Shown piece by piece: positions 41,034 through 54,965 of a DNA stretch of 64,000 nt (the stretch's first letter is position 1; each line of letters begins with the position of its first letter). This DNA is from Octopus vulgaris (lineage: Eukaryota), in assembly GCA_951406725.2 (NCBI GenBank), contig OX597820.1:26784001-26848000 (forward strand). Reading direction: 5' to 3'. Both the position numbers and the translations under genes were made by a program. Under the pieces are notes generated by a model. That model did no database searches, had not been told where the DNA came from, and saw only the letters and a program-made list of their open reading frames with translations.

Positions 41034-42659
41034 CACACACACACATACATACCTACGTATATATGTTATATATGTGTGTATACATATGTGTGCATGTATA
41101 TATATATATATATCTATATGTATATCTATATACACACAGATATATATAAATATACACATATTTATATATACATATATATTTATATGTATATATATTTGCA
41201 TGCATGTATGTGTGTGTATTGTTATCACCATCATCTTGATAATCATTAATATAGGTATCATCATTAATTCAGTTCTTGTACATCTATATCGAAGTGGGGC
41301 AGTTTATTTGTTGTGAAACTTATATTTCTCCTGTAAGGTAGCCTCATCTCAAACGACCATGAATCATAAATGGAGTATGTTCATTGTTTTTGTTTTAAAG
41401 TCAAGTAAAACTGTATGTAAATCATCCCCAGTACTCATTTTAAATCTGCTGCTTATTCTTTTGACATCCTTTTGCTGAAACTCTAAGTTATGGGCACTGA
41501 AACCAGAAATTTCAAGCACCGAGAGAGAAATGCCAATACAAAGACACAGATACAGATGCAACCCCCCCCCCCCAAACAGACAGACAAACATACACACACA
41601 CACAAATTAATCAAATTCATTCATAATGCATTGGTTGTTCTGGAGTTGTAGAAGAAGACACATTCTGAAGGTGCCATACATTGAACTTGAAACTATATGC
41701 ATACAAAGTCATCTTCTTAACCACAAAGCCATGTATCGATTATTTCTTATGAAAATCCCATCATTATAAAAATGTATGATTGTAAATTTAGTATCATTGA
41801 ACTATAATTTAAACAAACCAATTGATGAAATATCCATCAATCTAGCTCTTCATTCATACATATATACACTCATATGCACATACATACATACATACATACA
41901 TACATACATACATACATACATACATACATACATAAATACATACATACATACATACATACATACATCTAGACAGCTAGATTGTTAATATGCATCATTTTAC
42001 CAAATTATCTGGTTGTTTGTTCATCAATTTGTTTATGCCATTGTCTATCTAGACAATTTATGAAACCATTTTTGTTTGAGGATCTTATGTTTGAGACCAT
42101 TAACTTTGCGTGATATGTTTGTGTTTTTGTGTTTCTGTATGTGTATTTTGTGTGTGAGCGTGAGTGTGTATGTACATACGTAGATACGTATATTGTATAT
42201 ATCTGTATATATTAGCATAATTGTATATGTATATATGCAAGTACATAGGAATTGTTTCAAATAATTTACTCCAAGTAGACACAAAAAACTTTGGATTTTT
42301 TAGAAGATGGAGATAAAAGATGTTAGCATTTATGATGCATTATTGTCAGTGATAAAAATGTAGGCAAAAATTACTTGACAAATGATATAAAGTGAGCCAT
42401 TAAATGTTCTTAATTCTGCATCCTGAAGAAAGGGAAAATCTTAGACATTGATCAAAATGTCAGCTTAACCTTATTAATATCATCTCACCTCAGACCACCC
42501 TTGACTCTATGTTGCAAACTTCCTATTTTAAATTAATCTAAATTAAAATCTCCCATTAAAATTTCATGCTAATTTATGTTTCAATTGCAAACTAAATAGT
42601 GACAAAGTTATTTTACTAAATTTTTCCTTATTTTCAACATATATTGAAACAAAGTCAGA

Positions 42660-43350
42660 GGATAACTTCAGAAATTCTCCAAGTCTAGATAACTTTATAT
42701 GCTATGTCTGATATTCAGTCAAAGTTTCAGTAAATATAACATAGTTAAAATTCTCAGTTCTTCATTCCCACAAACCCTGAAATTTTTATTAGATTTGACA
42801 TCAACTTAAAGTACAGAATGGATACCAATGATGGCAAGATCTAATTATGTTTTAGTAGAATTTTTCTTTCAAATCTTGTTGTGTCGACGCCCCAGACGAT
42901 GAAGTAAGCTAGCCCAATACGTAGATATAGAGGGAGAAGTCTAGATGTCGTAGGATTTGAGTAGAGGTCATTCGAATGTGCGATATAGCAGTGGAGATGA
43001 GGATGAGATCACTGTTATATCGCACGTTTGGATGACTTCTACTCAACTCCTATGACGTTTAGACTTCTCCCTCTATATCTACGTATTGGGCTAGCCTACT
43101 TCATCGTCTGGGAGCGTCGACACAACAAATTTCTCAAAATGGCTGGCTTTGAAAAAAGGGAAAGAACTAGAAAAAGGAAAACTTTAGCAGAGCTCACATG
43201 AAACCGATTTTGAATTCTAAAGCAAGAAGTAAGTTCAATATATTGGCATCATTTTTGAGAATTCTGATTTAAAATTTTTGGTTGAATTTTTTGGGTGCAA
43301 AACTGGAAATTTCCATTTCATCAAGTCAACATATCAAGAGCAAAAATATG
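42660..43350 (+). pseudogene. Possible highly decayed Mutator/MULE transposase, interrupted by the foldback element
   Basis: Short in-order motifs in shifting frames, SNYVLVEFFF, TDFE and GCKTGNFHFIKS, resemble MULE YxPLVFxL, TDFE and GCxFHxxQS. Confidence 0.3.
42877..43127. mobile_element. 251-bp foldback made of two inverted copies of the 35397 element
   Basis: Arms 42877-42990 and 43013-43127, 22-bp spacer, flanks aatct/aattt. Confidence 0.9.
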
Positions 43351-44672
43351 TAAGCATACTGGTGACTATTTTCCCCCAAACTACTAAACAGAATCAGAAG
43401 CTCACAGACCGGAAAATTCACATAAATATTTGAAGTGTAAATACACCAAAAGGGGAATCAAAAGAAGCTTGTAGATTCAGCTTAAAGATGTCTTAACAGA
43501 GGCAATACACACGTCTGAGAGTACATATAAAAAACGATTACTTTTGGATTGAAGCATTATAACTTTATCAAATAGTTCTGTCTTTTATTCATCAATGATT
43601 TTACTGAAAGCAATGTTTTGCAAGTATCAGGTTTTCTTTCCATATTTATCTTTCATTTCTTTCACTGGACAGGTCACATTTTTTTTTTTTTTATGCTGCA
43701 ATTTTTTTCTTCCAAAATAACTTTCAGACTTAAAGCCATTATAAAATTTATGAAGTATTTTAATTTGTCATTTTTACTATTTTTAAAAGTGTTTAAGAGA
43801 TTGATCTTAGTATACAGATATTTTTCATGGTGAGGAAGATTTTAGGTCAATCTTGCTATATAATAATAGTTTTTAATTATTTTTTTGCTTTTTCATTAAT
43901 TTATTATTAATACTAATATTTTTTTATGGAATCAGTTTATTTTTCAGAATAAATAAAAAAAAATTTTCAGTCACTATTCAGTGAAGTTTTTTGAAAAAGA
44001 AAATGCAATTTATCAATAATAATAAAAAAATCACTTGTTCATAACCTCTCACCTACCCTACATGCCCCTCCTCATGATTCCCAAAATAATCAAAATCAGA
44101 AAGATGGTAATCAAAATAAGAAAAGCACCTGGTTCCCTATATTTGCATCTCTCCTCAAATAAATAAATAAATAGATAAATAAATAGATAAATAAATAAAT
44201 AAAAATGTTTTTGTTGACATTGAATTGGTTATACAGACTTGTTTAAAATTCATTATATCAAAATGATCACATACTATACAGTATAAAATCAATTCACCAA
44301 GAAAGATATTAAATATGACACCATTCCAATATGACCACCAAATTAGATACAAATGCATTTCTGACTTGTTTGCGATTAACAACACTTTAAAAGATTAAAA
44401 AAGTTATGAATCTATTGTAAAACTGCACTTTTTTCGATGGTCATTAACATTTTTTTGTTTTGTATTTTTAGTTTTTTAAAGAAAAATTTTGGTAGTTTTT
44501 CAAATTAAAAATAAAATGTATTTTGATTTTTTTTTGTTCATTTTCATTGAGATTAAGGAGTAGAAAGTTTTATTAAAGCTATTTCCTTATCATGTGTAAT
44601 TCTAAGGAGACTGCTAGGTCAGTTCCGGAGACTACCACCTATATATATATATATATATATAGTATGTATATA

Positions 44673-44748
<76 letters not shown>

Positions 44749-45072
44749 AGTATATATATACATACATGTATATATATATATATACATATACATGTATATA
44801 TAGGTATATATAGGTATATATATATATATACACATAGGTATGTATATATATATGAATATATATATATGTGTATATATATATTTATATATATTTATACACG
44901 TATTAGACTCACACATGCACACACACACACCTACACACATTCACACATACACATTCAGAGAAATATTTATTGGTAGCAAATGCCTTGTATTTATGTAGAT
45001 ATATATTATATATATATGTATAAACACACACACTTATATATATATATAAATGAAGCTGATTATATATGGAAA

Positions 45073-45103
<31 letters not shown>

Positions 45104-45356
45104 GCATATACATGCACACATACAAAACTCTTGACTCATACCATCCTCTGTCACTTTCACATTTCATTCCATAATCTTCATGTACACACACTCACACACA
45201 AATCTTTTAATACACACACGTACAGACACTAGAATCAGATACGCTAACATAAAGGAAATAGCAAAATGCTCTCAGGACAGCAGATATGAATGTGTGTTAA
45301 ACCTTTGACTACCATAGATTGAATGGCATGACTGAAATCTTTCCCATGCGATGTTT

Positions 45357-45640
45357 CTTTTTATATTTTTGATCTAAGTATAGCTGTGTGGTCAAGAAGT
45401 TAGCTTCATAACCTTGTGGTTTCTGGTTCAGTTTTACTGTGTGGCACCTTTGACAAGTGTCTTTTTATATTTTATATTTTTATATTTTTGATCCAGGTAT
45501 GGATGTGAGGTCAAGAAGTTAGCTTCATAACCTCATGGTTTCTGGTTCAGTTCTACTTTGTGGCACCTTGGACAAGTGTCTTTTTATTGTAGTCCCAAAC
45601 TAACCAAAGCCTTGTCTGTGGATTTGGTGGACAGAAGCTG
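45357..45640 (+). mobile_element. Family B SINE with a tandemly duplicated 5' half
   Basis: tatatttttgatc..ggtcaagaagttagcttcata..ggtttctggttcagtt..gtggcacctt.gacaagtgtcttttt occurs twice. Confidence 0.85.
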
Positions 45641-45865
45641 GAAGCAGGTCATTTTCATCATCATCATGCTTAGAACATTGCAGTATATTTAGAGGGAATG
45701 TCCCATTCTTTACACATGTACCTGATGTGACACAAACTGTACAGATTGATGCAACACAACTAGATGCACAAAATCCTACCCTTAACTGACAGTTGAAGGA
45801 TGAGACAAAACAATCATTGTATTCAGTAAAGACTAGTGTCAAATCTATCTTCTATTTCCTTTGTC

Positions 45866-45899
<34 letters not shown>

Positions 45900-45940
45900 T
45901 CGTCATCATTATCATCATAATCACCATCAACATCATCATC

Positions 45941-46241
45941 ATTTAACGTCCGTTGTCCATGCTGGTATGGGTTGGATGGTTTGACCGGAGCTGGCATGCC
46001 GGAAGGCTACACCAGACTTCAGTCTGATTTGGCATGGTATTCTATGGCTGGATGCCCTTCATATCACCAACCATTCTGAGAGTGTAATAGGTGCTTTTAC
46101 GTTCCATTTGCAGGGTACTTTTAAATGTCACTGGCACGGGTGCCAATTTGTGTGACGCCAAAATCTGTCATGACTGCAATTTTGCTTGGTTTGATGGGTC
46201 TTCTTAAGCACAACATAATGCCAAAGGTCTCGGTCATTGCC
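45941..46241 (-). mobile_element. (GAT)n-tailed SINE/LINE 3' family copy
   Basis: tttaacgtccg..ccatgctgg.atgggttgga..ctggatgcccttc. Confidence 0.8.
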
Positions 46242-46551
46242 TAATATATATGTATATGTATAGACGTTTTATCAACCCTAGAAGGAGAAAAGGAAAAGTT
46301 GGCCTTGGTAGGATTTGATCTTAGAATATGGAGTTAGAACAAATCCATGTAGCATTTCATCTGATGCTGTCAGTTCACTGCTTTCGTCAGAAACCTATCC
46401 TACTCTGGACCTTCTTTTTCATACCTTATCCCTCTTTACTTCTCATCTCCTAGCATAAAGTTCCTTGTTTGAGGATAGTAGTCTTGCAAGCAGCATATCA
46501 ACTTCACTAGTGCTGGTGACATGAAAAAAGCACTCAGTACATGCTGTAAAG

Positions 46552-46713
46552 CAGTGTTTCTCAACCTTTTTGCCCTTGCATAACCCTTAAAATATATTAC
46601 ATGTCACAAGAAACTCCTGCACAAAAAAATTATATACCATATCTTTCTCACATTATTTATCATATATATATATATATACATATATATATACATATATATA
46701 TACATATATATAT

Positions 46714-46794
<81 letters not shown>

Positions 46795-46989
46795 GTTGTT
46801 ATATTTTTTTATAAGATAATAAGTTCGATAGGATGGTGTCGATATTTTAATAACAATAATATGTTGTGCATGTATCGTAATATTATGATCCTAAAATTAG
46901 CATTAGCTTATCTCACTCTTTCTCATGGAACCCTTAAGAACCTTTTGCAGAACCCTAGGGATCTGGGGAACCCCGGTTGAGAAACACTG
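46552..46989. mobile_element. hAT (Charlie-like) MITE with an 8-bp TSD
   Basis: Perfect 15-bp TIR cagtgtttctcaacc/ggttgagaaacactg; TSD ctgtaaag/ctgtgaag; splits a (GAT)n-tailed retroposon. Confidence 0.92.
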
Positions 46990-48050
46990 CTGTGAAGTAT
47001 TGGATTTTAAGAAGGTCATCCATCCATCCATCCATCCATCCAGAGAAAGCATGCCAAAGCAGACATTGAAGCTTGATATGATCCATGGACTCATCAGATC
47101 ATGTCAAAATGGCCAACCCATACCAACATAGAATATGGACGTTCAATGATGATGATGGTAATGATGATGATGATGATGAGGATGTTGGTGGTGGTGGTGG
47201 TGATGATGATGATGATAATGATTCTTGTCAGTAGTTGGAAAGTTGTACACCACATGGCTAATGTGACCACATGGACTGTAGACTTAAAAGATGAAATAGC
47301 ACATGTTTGTTTCTTTATACATTAAAGAGTGGTACGAAAAGAACAGATAACTGTGGAGATGAGGTTAGAATCTGTGCAAGAAGCTCAATAAGGGATGTCA
47401 TGTCACTTTGTTAAAAAAACACAACTAAAGAAATAGTAGTCAAATTGCTTCCAAACCACTCTCCACCATATTACAAAGAAGGAAAGAGAACTTAAGAAAG
47501 GGAAGGACATTATATATAATATGATATATTCCTCCTCCTCCTCCTCCTCCTCATCATCATCATCGCTGCCACCACCACTATTATTAAATTCAGAATCCGT
47601 CTCAGCATTTGTACTATATAGCCACGATCCACACCGTAATGGCATTAATTCCAGCCTTTTACATTCCTGAGTTCAAATTCCACCAAGGTCAACTTCAACT
47701 TTGACATGCTTTCCTCCAGGATCAATAAAATGAAGCAGCAGTCAAGAATTAGGATTGAATTGATGGGATCAGCCAACGCGCTCCAGTAAAAAACTGCCAA
47801 CCTCATATGTAAATTGTAAACCATTATCATTATTATTATTATTATTATTATTATTACATTTCAATCACTGCTGTCGTCATCATTTTCATCATTTCCATCG
47901 TAGACATTATCGTTGCCATTGTCACATTTATAATTATCAATATTGTTTAACAAAGTGCTGTCATTCCTTTTGAATCAAAGGTGAAAGAGGAAAGACTGCT
48001 AGCTTGTGTGGTTTCTATGATATAAAGGGTGTGTCTACTGACTGGGAGAA

Positions 48051-48083
<33 letters not shown>

Positions 48084-48174
48084 AAGAATGAGAGAGAGGG
48101 AGAGAGAGAGAATCCATGGATCACATAATGGATCAGAGAAAGCACTCCTGCTCATAAAAGGAAGCATTTTCCCT

Positions 48175-48210
<36 letters not shown>

Positions 48211-48426
48211 AATAATAATAATAATAACAACAACAACAATAACAACTGCAACAACATCAACAACATCAACAGCAGCATCAATATCAACGGGGAAGAATAT
48301 TAATGGCATAATGCTAGCAAAATGAAAGGCAGGTGTATAACCAAATCTACTCTAATTGAGTTACAGGAAAGAGTTACCTGGAGATTTGGTTGCATGTACC
48401 CATAACATGGTAATAAAGATAATAAT

Positions 48427-48639
48427 AATGGCTTCAAATTTTGGCACAAGGCCAGCAATTTTGTGGAGGGGTTAAGTCGATTACAATGACCCTAGGGCTC
48501 AATGGGTACTTAATTTATTGACTCCGAAAGAATGAAAGGTAAAGTCAACCTCAGTGGAATTTGAACTCAGAACTTAAAGATGGATGAAATATCTCTAAGC
48601 ATCTTGCTTGGTGTTCTATTTTGCCAGTTTGCTGCCTTA
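48427..48639 (-). mobile_element. Family A SINE
   Basis: ttcaaattttggcacaaggccagcaatt..gaatttgaactcagaac..tgccag..gcctt. Confidence 0.85.
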
Positions 48640-48654
48640 ATAGTAACAATAACG

Positions 48655-48713
<59 letters not shown>

Positions 48714-48987
48714 TGCTACCTAACCCCAAAATGGCAGAAATTCAAAAGATAGTGCTCATGGGAACTGCTCATATCCTACGCAAAATACTTTCTTCGTAAT
48801 CTCAAGTTTTAAAACAAACATAATTTTCGTATGGTTTTTTAGGCATTCACTAGTACAACACTAAGTACAAAACCAAATATATGGCACCCTAGGCATAACA
48901 CCAGCATGAACTTCCAACTTGTTGTCTCTTGAGGTCTCTGGGTGAGACTTGGAGCCAGCTTGTGTAAATGTAAAGCAAAAGTCAAAC

Positions 48988-48990
<3 letters not shown>
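48714..48990 (+). mobile_element. Dong/R4-like non-LTR retrotransposon 3' end in (AAT)n
   Basis: PKMAEIQKIVLMGTAHILRKILSS* plus 3' UTR, flanked on both sides by (aat)n. Confidence 0.75.
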
Positions 48991-49035
<45 letters not shown>

Positions 49036-49564
49036 TAATGCTGGATCATAGATATAGCATGCCCAGCTGACAAGGTATATGATGAGGAAGAAAGGAAAGT
49101 CGATAGGTTAGCTCATAGCAGTTGTGGTTGCTGTAATATCCTCGTTGTTGTTGACATCAGTCTATTGTCATTGTTGTCATCAACATTGTCATCATAGTTA
49201 TGATTTCTGTAACTCTTTACAACTTATATGATAAAACACTGACTGACATTGATGATGGTGATAGTAATGATAGTGATGAGGGTGATGATTATGATGATGA
49301 CGATGATAACAACTTCTTTTATTATCTAAAGCAGGATTCTGAATCCCCTATCCTTTTTGCTTGCATTAATGTTTTTGGAAATTGTTTCCTGATAAGGTCC
49401 TCAAAATCTCAGATGGAAAAATGTTAATAGCAAAACAAGCTATCTCAAAGAGTAACTTTTAATAAAGATGTTACATATTTTTTAAAAGATTTTCTGCTGA
49501 TTATTTTTAATAGTAACTGTTGTTTTATCTGTAATAACTCTATCAGTTGTTTAAGTTTAAATAA

Positions 49565-49601
<37 letters not shown>

Positions 49602-49796
49602 AACTGAGTTATATATATAAAAAGTGTTACAAGTTTGAGGTTATCAATCTGACCAAAATACTGTGTAAGCTCTCTGTTAGCACACCAGGTTAACGATATT
49701 GTTTAGATTAGTAAAGAATTCTGCGTATGCTTGTGGAAGCGGTCTGAGGTTATAGTTCATCACCATTGTATATTGTAAATCCATGGCTGTTTTCCA

Positions 49797-49842
<46 letters not shown>

Positions 49843-50022
49843 TGAAAAATGTGTGAGATCCTTGGTACAGTAAAGTATAATTGAAAAAAGAAAAAGAATG
49901 ACTTCACTGGTAGTTCTAATCAGTTTAATTTGTTATTTAAAAATTTTTTTAAAATAATATAAACTTTAGTTCATATAAATTTTTTAATTTTTTAAATAAT
50001 ATAAATTTAGTTCATATTTTCT

Positions 50023-50330
50023 GTGTGAGAGGAGCTCCAAGGAAGTGCTACAAAGACTGCCTCAAGAAGTCTCTAACAGCATGTCATATTGACCACCAAT
50101 GTTGGTCAGACCTGGTTGCGGACCATGATGTCTGGCACCACATAATCTTCAATGCAGTCAGTGAGTTTGAAGAACAAAGAAGAGATGCGCTTAAAGACAA
50201 GAGATGCAAGAGAAAGGTGCGAGCCACCTCATGGACCTGCCTTTCCCATATCGGACTTGTCAGACATGAGTGTGCATGCACACAACAATTATAGCCTTCC
50301 TGATCTTTGTTCGCGAAGCCGAGCCATGAT
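50023..50330 (+). mobile_element. RTE-clade LINE 3' fragment
   Basis: RGAPRKCYKDCLKKSL..W..L.AD...W...TCLSHIGLVRHECAC matches the RTE C-terminus (GxPxKRYKDxLK..WxxLAxDRxxW..CxSRIGLxSH), followed by a short 3' UTR. Confidence 0.88.
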
Positions 50331-50489
50331 ATATATATATATATATATATATGTACTTGTATGTGTGTATGCAAGTATGTGCATACATATGTATGTATTT
50401 TCATCTTTTATCTTTTTCCTTTTACTAGTTTCAGCCAGAAGCTGAGGCCATGCTGGGGCACTACCTTTCAGTGTGTTGGGTTTCTTTTC

Positions 50490-50810
50490 TGTACAGTTTC
50501 TGGTGAAATAGCAAGTTGGATGGGACTGCTCTTCTTTGGTCCTTCAATGGTTTATTTCATATTTCAGTTAAAAATCTGTCCAGATGCTCTTTCAAGACCT
50601 CTACATCTATACCTCACAAAACCCTGGGGCTGTTAGGCAGAATGATGAATAGTTGCAAAGCCTTGAAACACAAGCTATTACAGTACTGGGTCCTTCTTCT
50701 CGATGGAGAAGATGGGATCTTCAGTACTGTACAATGCTGTCCTGTTCAGTGGTTGGTAGAGCTTTCCATTTCAAGGTTGGGAGCTGGACCTTCCAGAATC
50801 TTCCATGTCA
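50490..50810 (-). mobile_element. CR1/L2-like LINE ORF2 C-terminal fragment
   Basis: Minus strand WKILEGPAPNLEMES..TGQHCTVLKIP..YCNSLCFKALQLFIILP..IDVEVLKEHLDRFLTEI*NKP..SNLLFHQ; LFNxLP/FKxxLDxFL-like motifs, with stops. Confidence 0.75.
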
Positions 50811-51072
50811 TTCAGCTGCATATAGTTGAAGTACTCAACTTGATCAGGCTTCCTTCGGTTTCTCACTTGAATCCAATTATATAGTGTCTATATACAGTAG
50901 GTGAGCAATACAGGATTTCAGGAGTTTATCCAAAGCTTGAAGATTGGACCCTGATCTGTATGGTAATGTGTTGAGCATTATAACACATCGTTAAATGCAT
51001 ATATATATATATATATATATATATGTTTATCTCATTATATGTGTGTGTGTGTGTGTGCATGCGTATACATAC

Positions 51073-51133
<61 letters not shown>

Positions 51134-51197
51134 CATATATGCATATACATCTTTATATATGTGTATGTATATCTATATACATATATGTATACATGTT

Positions 51198-51249
<52 letters not shown>

Positions 51250-51551
51250 TGAATATATATAGATACACATTTACATATACATAAATAAATGTGTGTGTAT
51301 ATGTGTATATATTGCAAAGTAAAAATTATTGACAATAGCAATCAATGGTAGTTTCAACAATAATATCAAAACAATATAGATAAAAAAAAATAGAAGTCCA
51401 ACAAAATCATAACAAAATATTTTCAAAATTCTTTATTCCGTGTAATATATATATATGTATACTCACTTACATATATATATGTGTGTGTGTATATATTATA
51501 TATATATACTCACATATATATATGTGTGTGTGATGATGATTATATATGTAT

Positions 51552-51621
<70 letters not shown>

Positions 51622-51763
51622 TATATACATACATACATATATATGTATATATATATATACATATATATACATACATATATATATATATATATATGTATGT
51701 ATATATATGTATATATATATATATATATACATACATATATATTATGTATGTATATAATATGTG

Positions 51764-51832
<69 letters not shown>

Positions 51833-52884
51833 TATACATACATATATATTTATAAAATAAGCGTTGAAATATTTGTTTTTCATTAAACATGTTATTATCT
51901 AAAGTAAAAAGAAAACAAAAAAACAATTATCATGTTAAATTTTGTCTTTCATAAAGTGTGTTGCAGAAGCAAGCACAAAAATTCGTTAGAGATAATTATT
52001 TTGAGTATCATATCTATATGCATGTGTAAGTATATGTATGCATGTGTGTGCATGTGCATGTGCACTATGTGTAAATGTTTTAAAAGCACATACATACATA
52101 TAACTACATTCATACATATATGCAAACATACATGAATGTTTACATATATACATACATGTATGCAGATATAAATGCATACATACCTTCATACATATACACA
52201 TACATAGATACATATATACATATGGGAAGCTTACAGCTCTTATATTCAGGCAATGGGAATTATTTGAACCTATTATCATAGGTGCATCATAACAAAATAT
52301 ATACATAGAAGCTTTGAAATACTCAAGTTCTCCAAATATAAGAACCAAGCTATCTGATTGGCAATTCTCCAACTACATCTGATTAGTGTCACAGTGAAAA
52401 TTTATAAAACATTCCAGGGCTTCTCCATTTGAAGTTCCTGTTCTGAACACATGGATACAACCATATATGCATATAGAATACATGGCCACAGAATTTATAC
52501 ACACGCAAGCCGTAATTAAGCACGCACACATGTATACTAATGTGGCATGCACATACATTGAATAAGTGCATTTTCCTCACACATATATCTACACATATAC
52601 ATGCACCAACTAATTCAAACATCTAGAAACTCTAGGAGCTCTTTTGACTTAAACAAAAAAAAAAAAAGCCTTGTTACTTTGTTAGTGGCTGACTTGAATT
52701 TTTCAAAGAAAAAGAAAATCTTAAATAAATCCCCCCTCAAAATACATATACATACATGCATACAAGCGTATATAGATACATATATATGTACATTTATATA
52801 AGCATATATAAACACATATTTACATACAAGCATAAATACAAGTAAAGTTACAGAAGCATTGATAATAGTTCAAATAGTTCAAAA

Positions 52885-53075
52885 TCAACGAGAGTTAGGA
52901 GAGGAAGACCTTTCCTCAGTCAAATATATGACACATCACTGCAAATTCTGAAAGGAAGCTGCAAGGAAGAGCATAGACCCAGTTGGAGAGAACCAGAAAA
53001 AAACAGCCGAAAGTCAAGAACAGTAGAGAAAAATTGTCGATGGCATATCCTCCATTGGAAGCAAAGGGCCTAACA
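52885..53075 (+). mobile_element. Decayed RTE-like LINE 3' end
   Basis: RRGRP...SWREPEKTAESQEQ*RKIVDGISSIG resembles RxRGRP..WxxxxxxAxDRxxWRxxVxxLCS. Confidence 0.6.
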
Positions 53076-53214
53076 GAAGCACTTATTCTAATAGTATTTT
53101 TTCTTTTGCTGAACTGCCATGTTACAGGAACATAAACGAATGTATACTGGCTAACAAGTAGTGAGAGACAACTACAAGCATTCATATGGACTCACACATG
53201 CTCCTACATGCAGA

Positions 53215-53365
53215 GAACAGGTTTCCATATAGTCTCCATTTACCAAATTCACTCACAAGGCAACGGCCAACCCAGAGTTTGGACATTTGTCCAAAGTGCC
53301 ATGCAGTGGGACTGAACTCATGTTACATGTGGTTGTGATGCAAACTTCTTAACTATGCAGTCGTA
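53215..53365 (-). mobile_element. Family B SINE
   Basis: ccaaattcactcacaagg..gtgccatgcagtgggactgaac..cttcttaac. Confidence 0.8.
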
Positions 53366-53517
53366 ACTCTGCTTATAATTTGCAAAGAATGGGAATTTGT
53401 GACACTGACACTTATCCCTCTAAAATATATTATGAAGTTAACTGGCTAAATCAGGGAGTGAAAACTATGTTTCAGTAAATAGTTAATCAATAACTTAGCA
53501 CCGGGTTGAATGATTAT

Positions 53518-53595
<78 letters not shown>

Positions 53596-53700
53596 TTAAG
53601 ACACTGAAGCAATATTAAAGATTTATTTTTGTAGTCAATTTAATCAATACCCAAGACTTAATTGCTATTTATTTGTCAAAGTCAGAAGAGAGAAATAGAA

Positions 53701-53754
<54 letters not shown>

Positions 53755-54029
53755 AGAGAGAGAGAAAGAAAGAGATTGATTGCATTGGATATGAAAACCT
53801 CTAGTGCTCCCTTCTGGAGCTGGTGACCTATGGGAGAATGATCAGTTTAAAATACTTCAGCATTTGCTTAAGGACTTCCTAAACTTATCATCCTTTTTGT
53901 AGAGTCCAGAAAGATACATTTTATATTTCCACCAACAGTAGGCAGAATTTGAATCCTAAACACTCAGAACATTGACAAGGTACACAACCGGAACAAATAC
54001 AATATGACAACTAAGCAATTTTACTAATC

Positions 54030-54662
54030 AACCACCTTTGATTGGTACTTTAATTATTGGCCCTGAAAGAACGAAAGGCAAAGTTGACCACGATGGGATT
54101 TGAAATCAGTGAGCTGGGGGTTTGAACTCAGGAAGTAAAGGATTGAAAACAAGACATTTCACCTAATATGGTAATGATTCCACCACTCCACTTTCCTCAC
54201 CATAACAACAGCAACAACAGCATTAACAATAAGGAATGACTTAAAATTTTGGCACTAGGCCATCAATTCCAGGGGTGGAGTGGGGGGCAGTAAGTTGATT
54301 CTGACCCCAGTGTCTAACTGGTATTTATTTTATCAACATCCAAAAGGATGAAAGGTAAAGTCGACCTTAGCAGATTTTGAATTCAGAATGTAAAGATGGA
54401 TAAAATGCCACTAAGCATTGCTAATGATCTTGTCAGCTTGTCCCCTTAATAATCCTTTCTATTATGAGCATGAGGCCTGAAATTTAGGGGAGGGAAATAG
54501 TCGATTGCATTGACCCCAGTAATCAATTTGTATTTATTTTATCAACCCTGAAAGGATGAAAGGCAAAGTTGACCTTGACAGAATTTGAACTCAGAACATA
54601 AAGACAGATGAAATACTGCTAGGCATTTCCTCCAGTATACTAAGGATACTGCCAGCTTGCCA
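54030..54662 (-). mobile_element. Tandem array of 3 family A SINEs
   Basis: gaaagg(c/t)aaagt(t/c)gacc..ttga occurs three times. Confidence 0.85.
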
Positions 54663-54734
54663 CTTTTTGCCTCCTTAATAATGACATGCAATAAGAAGAG
54701 CATGATATGATTTGTAATAAATAGAGATTGATTC

Positions 54735-54965
54735 TGTTTATTGAACTGAACAATATCTTGACACTATGTTTGTCTTCCTTGGGTTCAAAAGAAAAAACGA
54801 AAAGAATACAGAAATATGGAAACACAAAGTATGAATGGGAATATCCTGCATTCCTTTTTCTTCTATCTAAAATGGAACACAAGGCTATTGCATTCTTCTC
54901 ATTTTTCATTTTGAACCTGAGGAAGACAAACATACTGTTGAATTATTGTTCAACTCAATAAACAG
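54735..54965. repeat. Inverted repeat with ~75-bp arms
   Basis: ctgtttattga..tatgtttgtcttccttgggttcaaaa / ttttgaacctgaggaagacaaacata..tcaataaacag. Confidence 0.85.
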
